In this document: one piece after another, positions 62,940 to 64,000 of the stretch
Numbering within the stretch: the first letter of the stretch is position 1
How the letters are laid out: every line of letters starts with the position of its first letter
Origin: Lama glama
Taxonomy: Eukaryota
DNA: 64,000 bases
NCBI GenBank assembly: GCA_028534125.1
Contig: CM052817.1
Span: 103,480,001 to 103,544,000 of the forward strand
Reading direction: 5' to 3'
Notes under the pieces: model-generated
What the model was told of the DNA's origin: nothing
What the model saw: only the letters and a program-made list of their open reading frames with translations
The model's database searches: none
Made by a program: the position numbers and the translations under genes

Positions 62940-63105
62940 TATATAGTATATATGGTCTCTTGGCAATTACTCAGTGCTGCCATTGTAGCGTGAAAGCAGC
63001 CATAGATAATACAGCACATAATGGCCTGCCGTGTTCCAATTCAGCCCTTTTTACCAAAGCACGTGCTGGGCTGAATTCAGTCTGCAGGCAGTAGTTTGCC
63101 AATAT
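62940..63105. mobile_element. MER58A-like DNA transposon
   Basis: actcagtgctgccattgtagcgtgaaagcagccatagataa...gtagtttgcc. Confidence 0.7.
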
Positions 63106-64000
63106 CCTACTCACGGGGCAATCTGCCAATATGAGCATTGGAAATGCAGCATGTACCGTTGACTCAGCAATCCAAAACACCAATCCGACAGGTATCTCCT
63201 GAAATCTTTTTTTTGTTTCTTTGTTTTTGAGAAGGAAATGGACATTAAATCGTATGGATTACTTGCTATGCCAATAATGACAAACAGGCTTCATCTCAGG
63301 ACAATGCTGATTGATTTGTAGCGGCGAGGCCTGGAATGCTGTGTTAAGGATTCTGAGGTTTTAAGGAATTTTTCATAAAGTGGTGTCCCATACATGTGAA
63401 AGATAGATATCCAAGGTTATTTGTTGTCCTACTGATTTTGAGAAAATACTGTCACAAGTGAAGTTCATCATTGGAGGATTGCTTAAGTGAATTATAGTGC
63501 ATCCAAATTGGACTGATGATGCTTTAAGTAGAATGACCATTTATATGTATTGAAATATCACTTTCCAAAATAATGTAAAGGTGTAAACAAAATAAAAATG
63601 AAAAACAATCATAATGGTGTGTAATATACCATCATTTGAATGTGTGGATGTGTTTGTGTTAGTACATATGTGTTTAAAATATGTGTGGTATACATGAAGA
63701 TCTAGGAAATGTTTATCTGTGAAAAGTAAAACTATGTGACTGGGAGATTCAGCATAGTGGGAGACCATTATGACCTTATATACTGTAATTTTTATATTTG
63801 TACTATAATCAGGTAACTTTTAAAAATAATCAATATTAATCAGTATTTTTAAAAGTATACCACACTGTATATACCACATTTATATACCTATTATCTAGAG
63901 CTACAAGAAAAAAAAAAGGAAAGGAAACTTATTTGCCGACACTTATGATCATTGGGTTAAAAACAGGAAATATGACAAAATTACAAGCAAACCTAAATTT

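Noticed and set aside
1..64000. CRISPR arrays, operons or other prokaryotic systems
   Set aside because: No regularly spaced repeat-spacer array was seen. The sequence is intron-containing mammalian DNA.

Overview
Mammalian genomic DNA, most likely a camelid, judged from many copies of a tRNA-derived SINE resembling Vic-1. The window covers the TMEM192-TRIM75-TRIM60 locus. (1) TMEM192 coding exons 2-6 lie on + (193-14459) with canonical splice sites and consistent phases; exon 1 is upstream of the window. (2) A TRIM75-like coiled-coil/PRY-SPRY coding exon lies on - (35672 to >36656). Its RING/B-box part falls in a 500-N gap, and the visible part is extremely GC-rich with a Gly/Ala/Arg/Pro-shifted protein. 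(3) An intact single-exon TRIM60 CDS lies on + (59799-61214). (4) A CpG-island promoter at about 51.1-51.95 kb sits between the divergent TRIM genes. (5) An ATP5F1C processed pseudogene abuts an old ERV-L-type pol relic. The rest is dense with L1, ERV LTRs, MaLR, hAT DNA transposons and SINEs. I found no wholly new system. The best leads are an apparent GC-biased-conversion hotspot reshaping the TRIM75 B30.2 domain, a possible bidirectional promoter shared by TRIM75 and TRIM60 (with a candidate 111-nt non-coding exon), a 65-nt pre-miRNA-like hairpin just downstream of that promoter, and two substitutions in characterised TMEM192 motifs. Repeat boundaries are approximate and family names come from recalled consensus similarity, not a database search.
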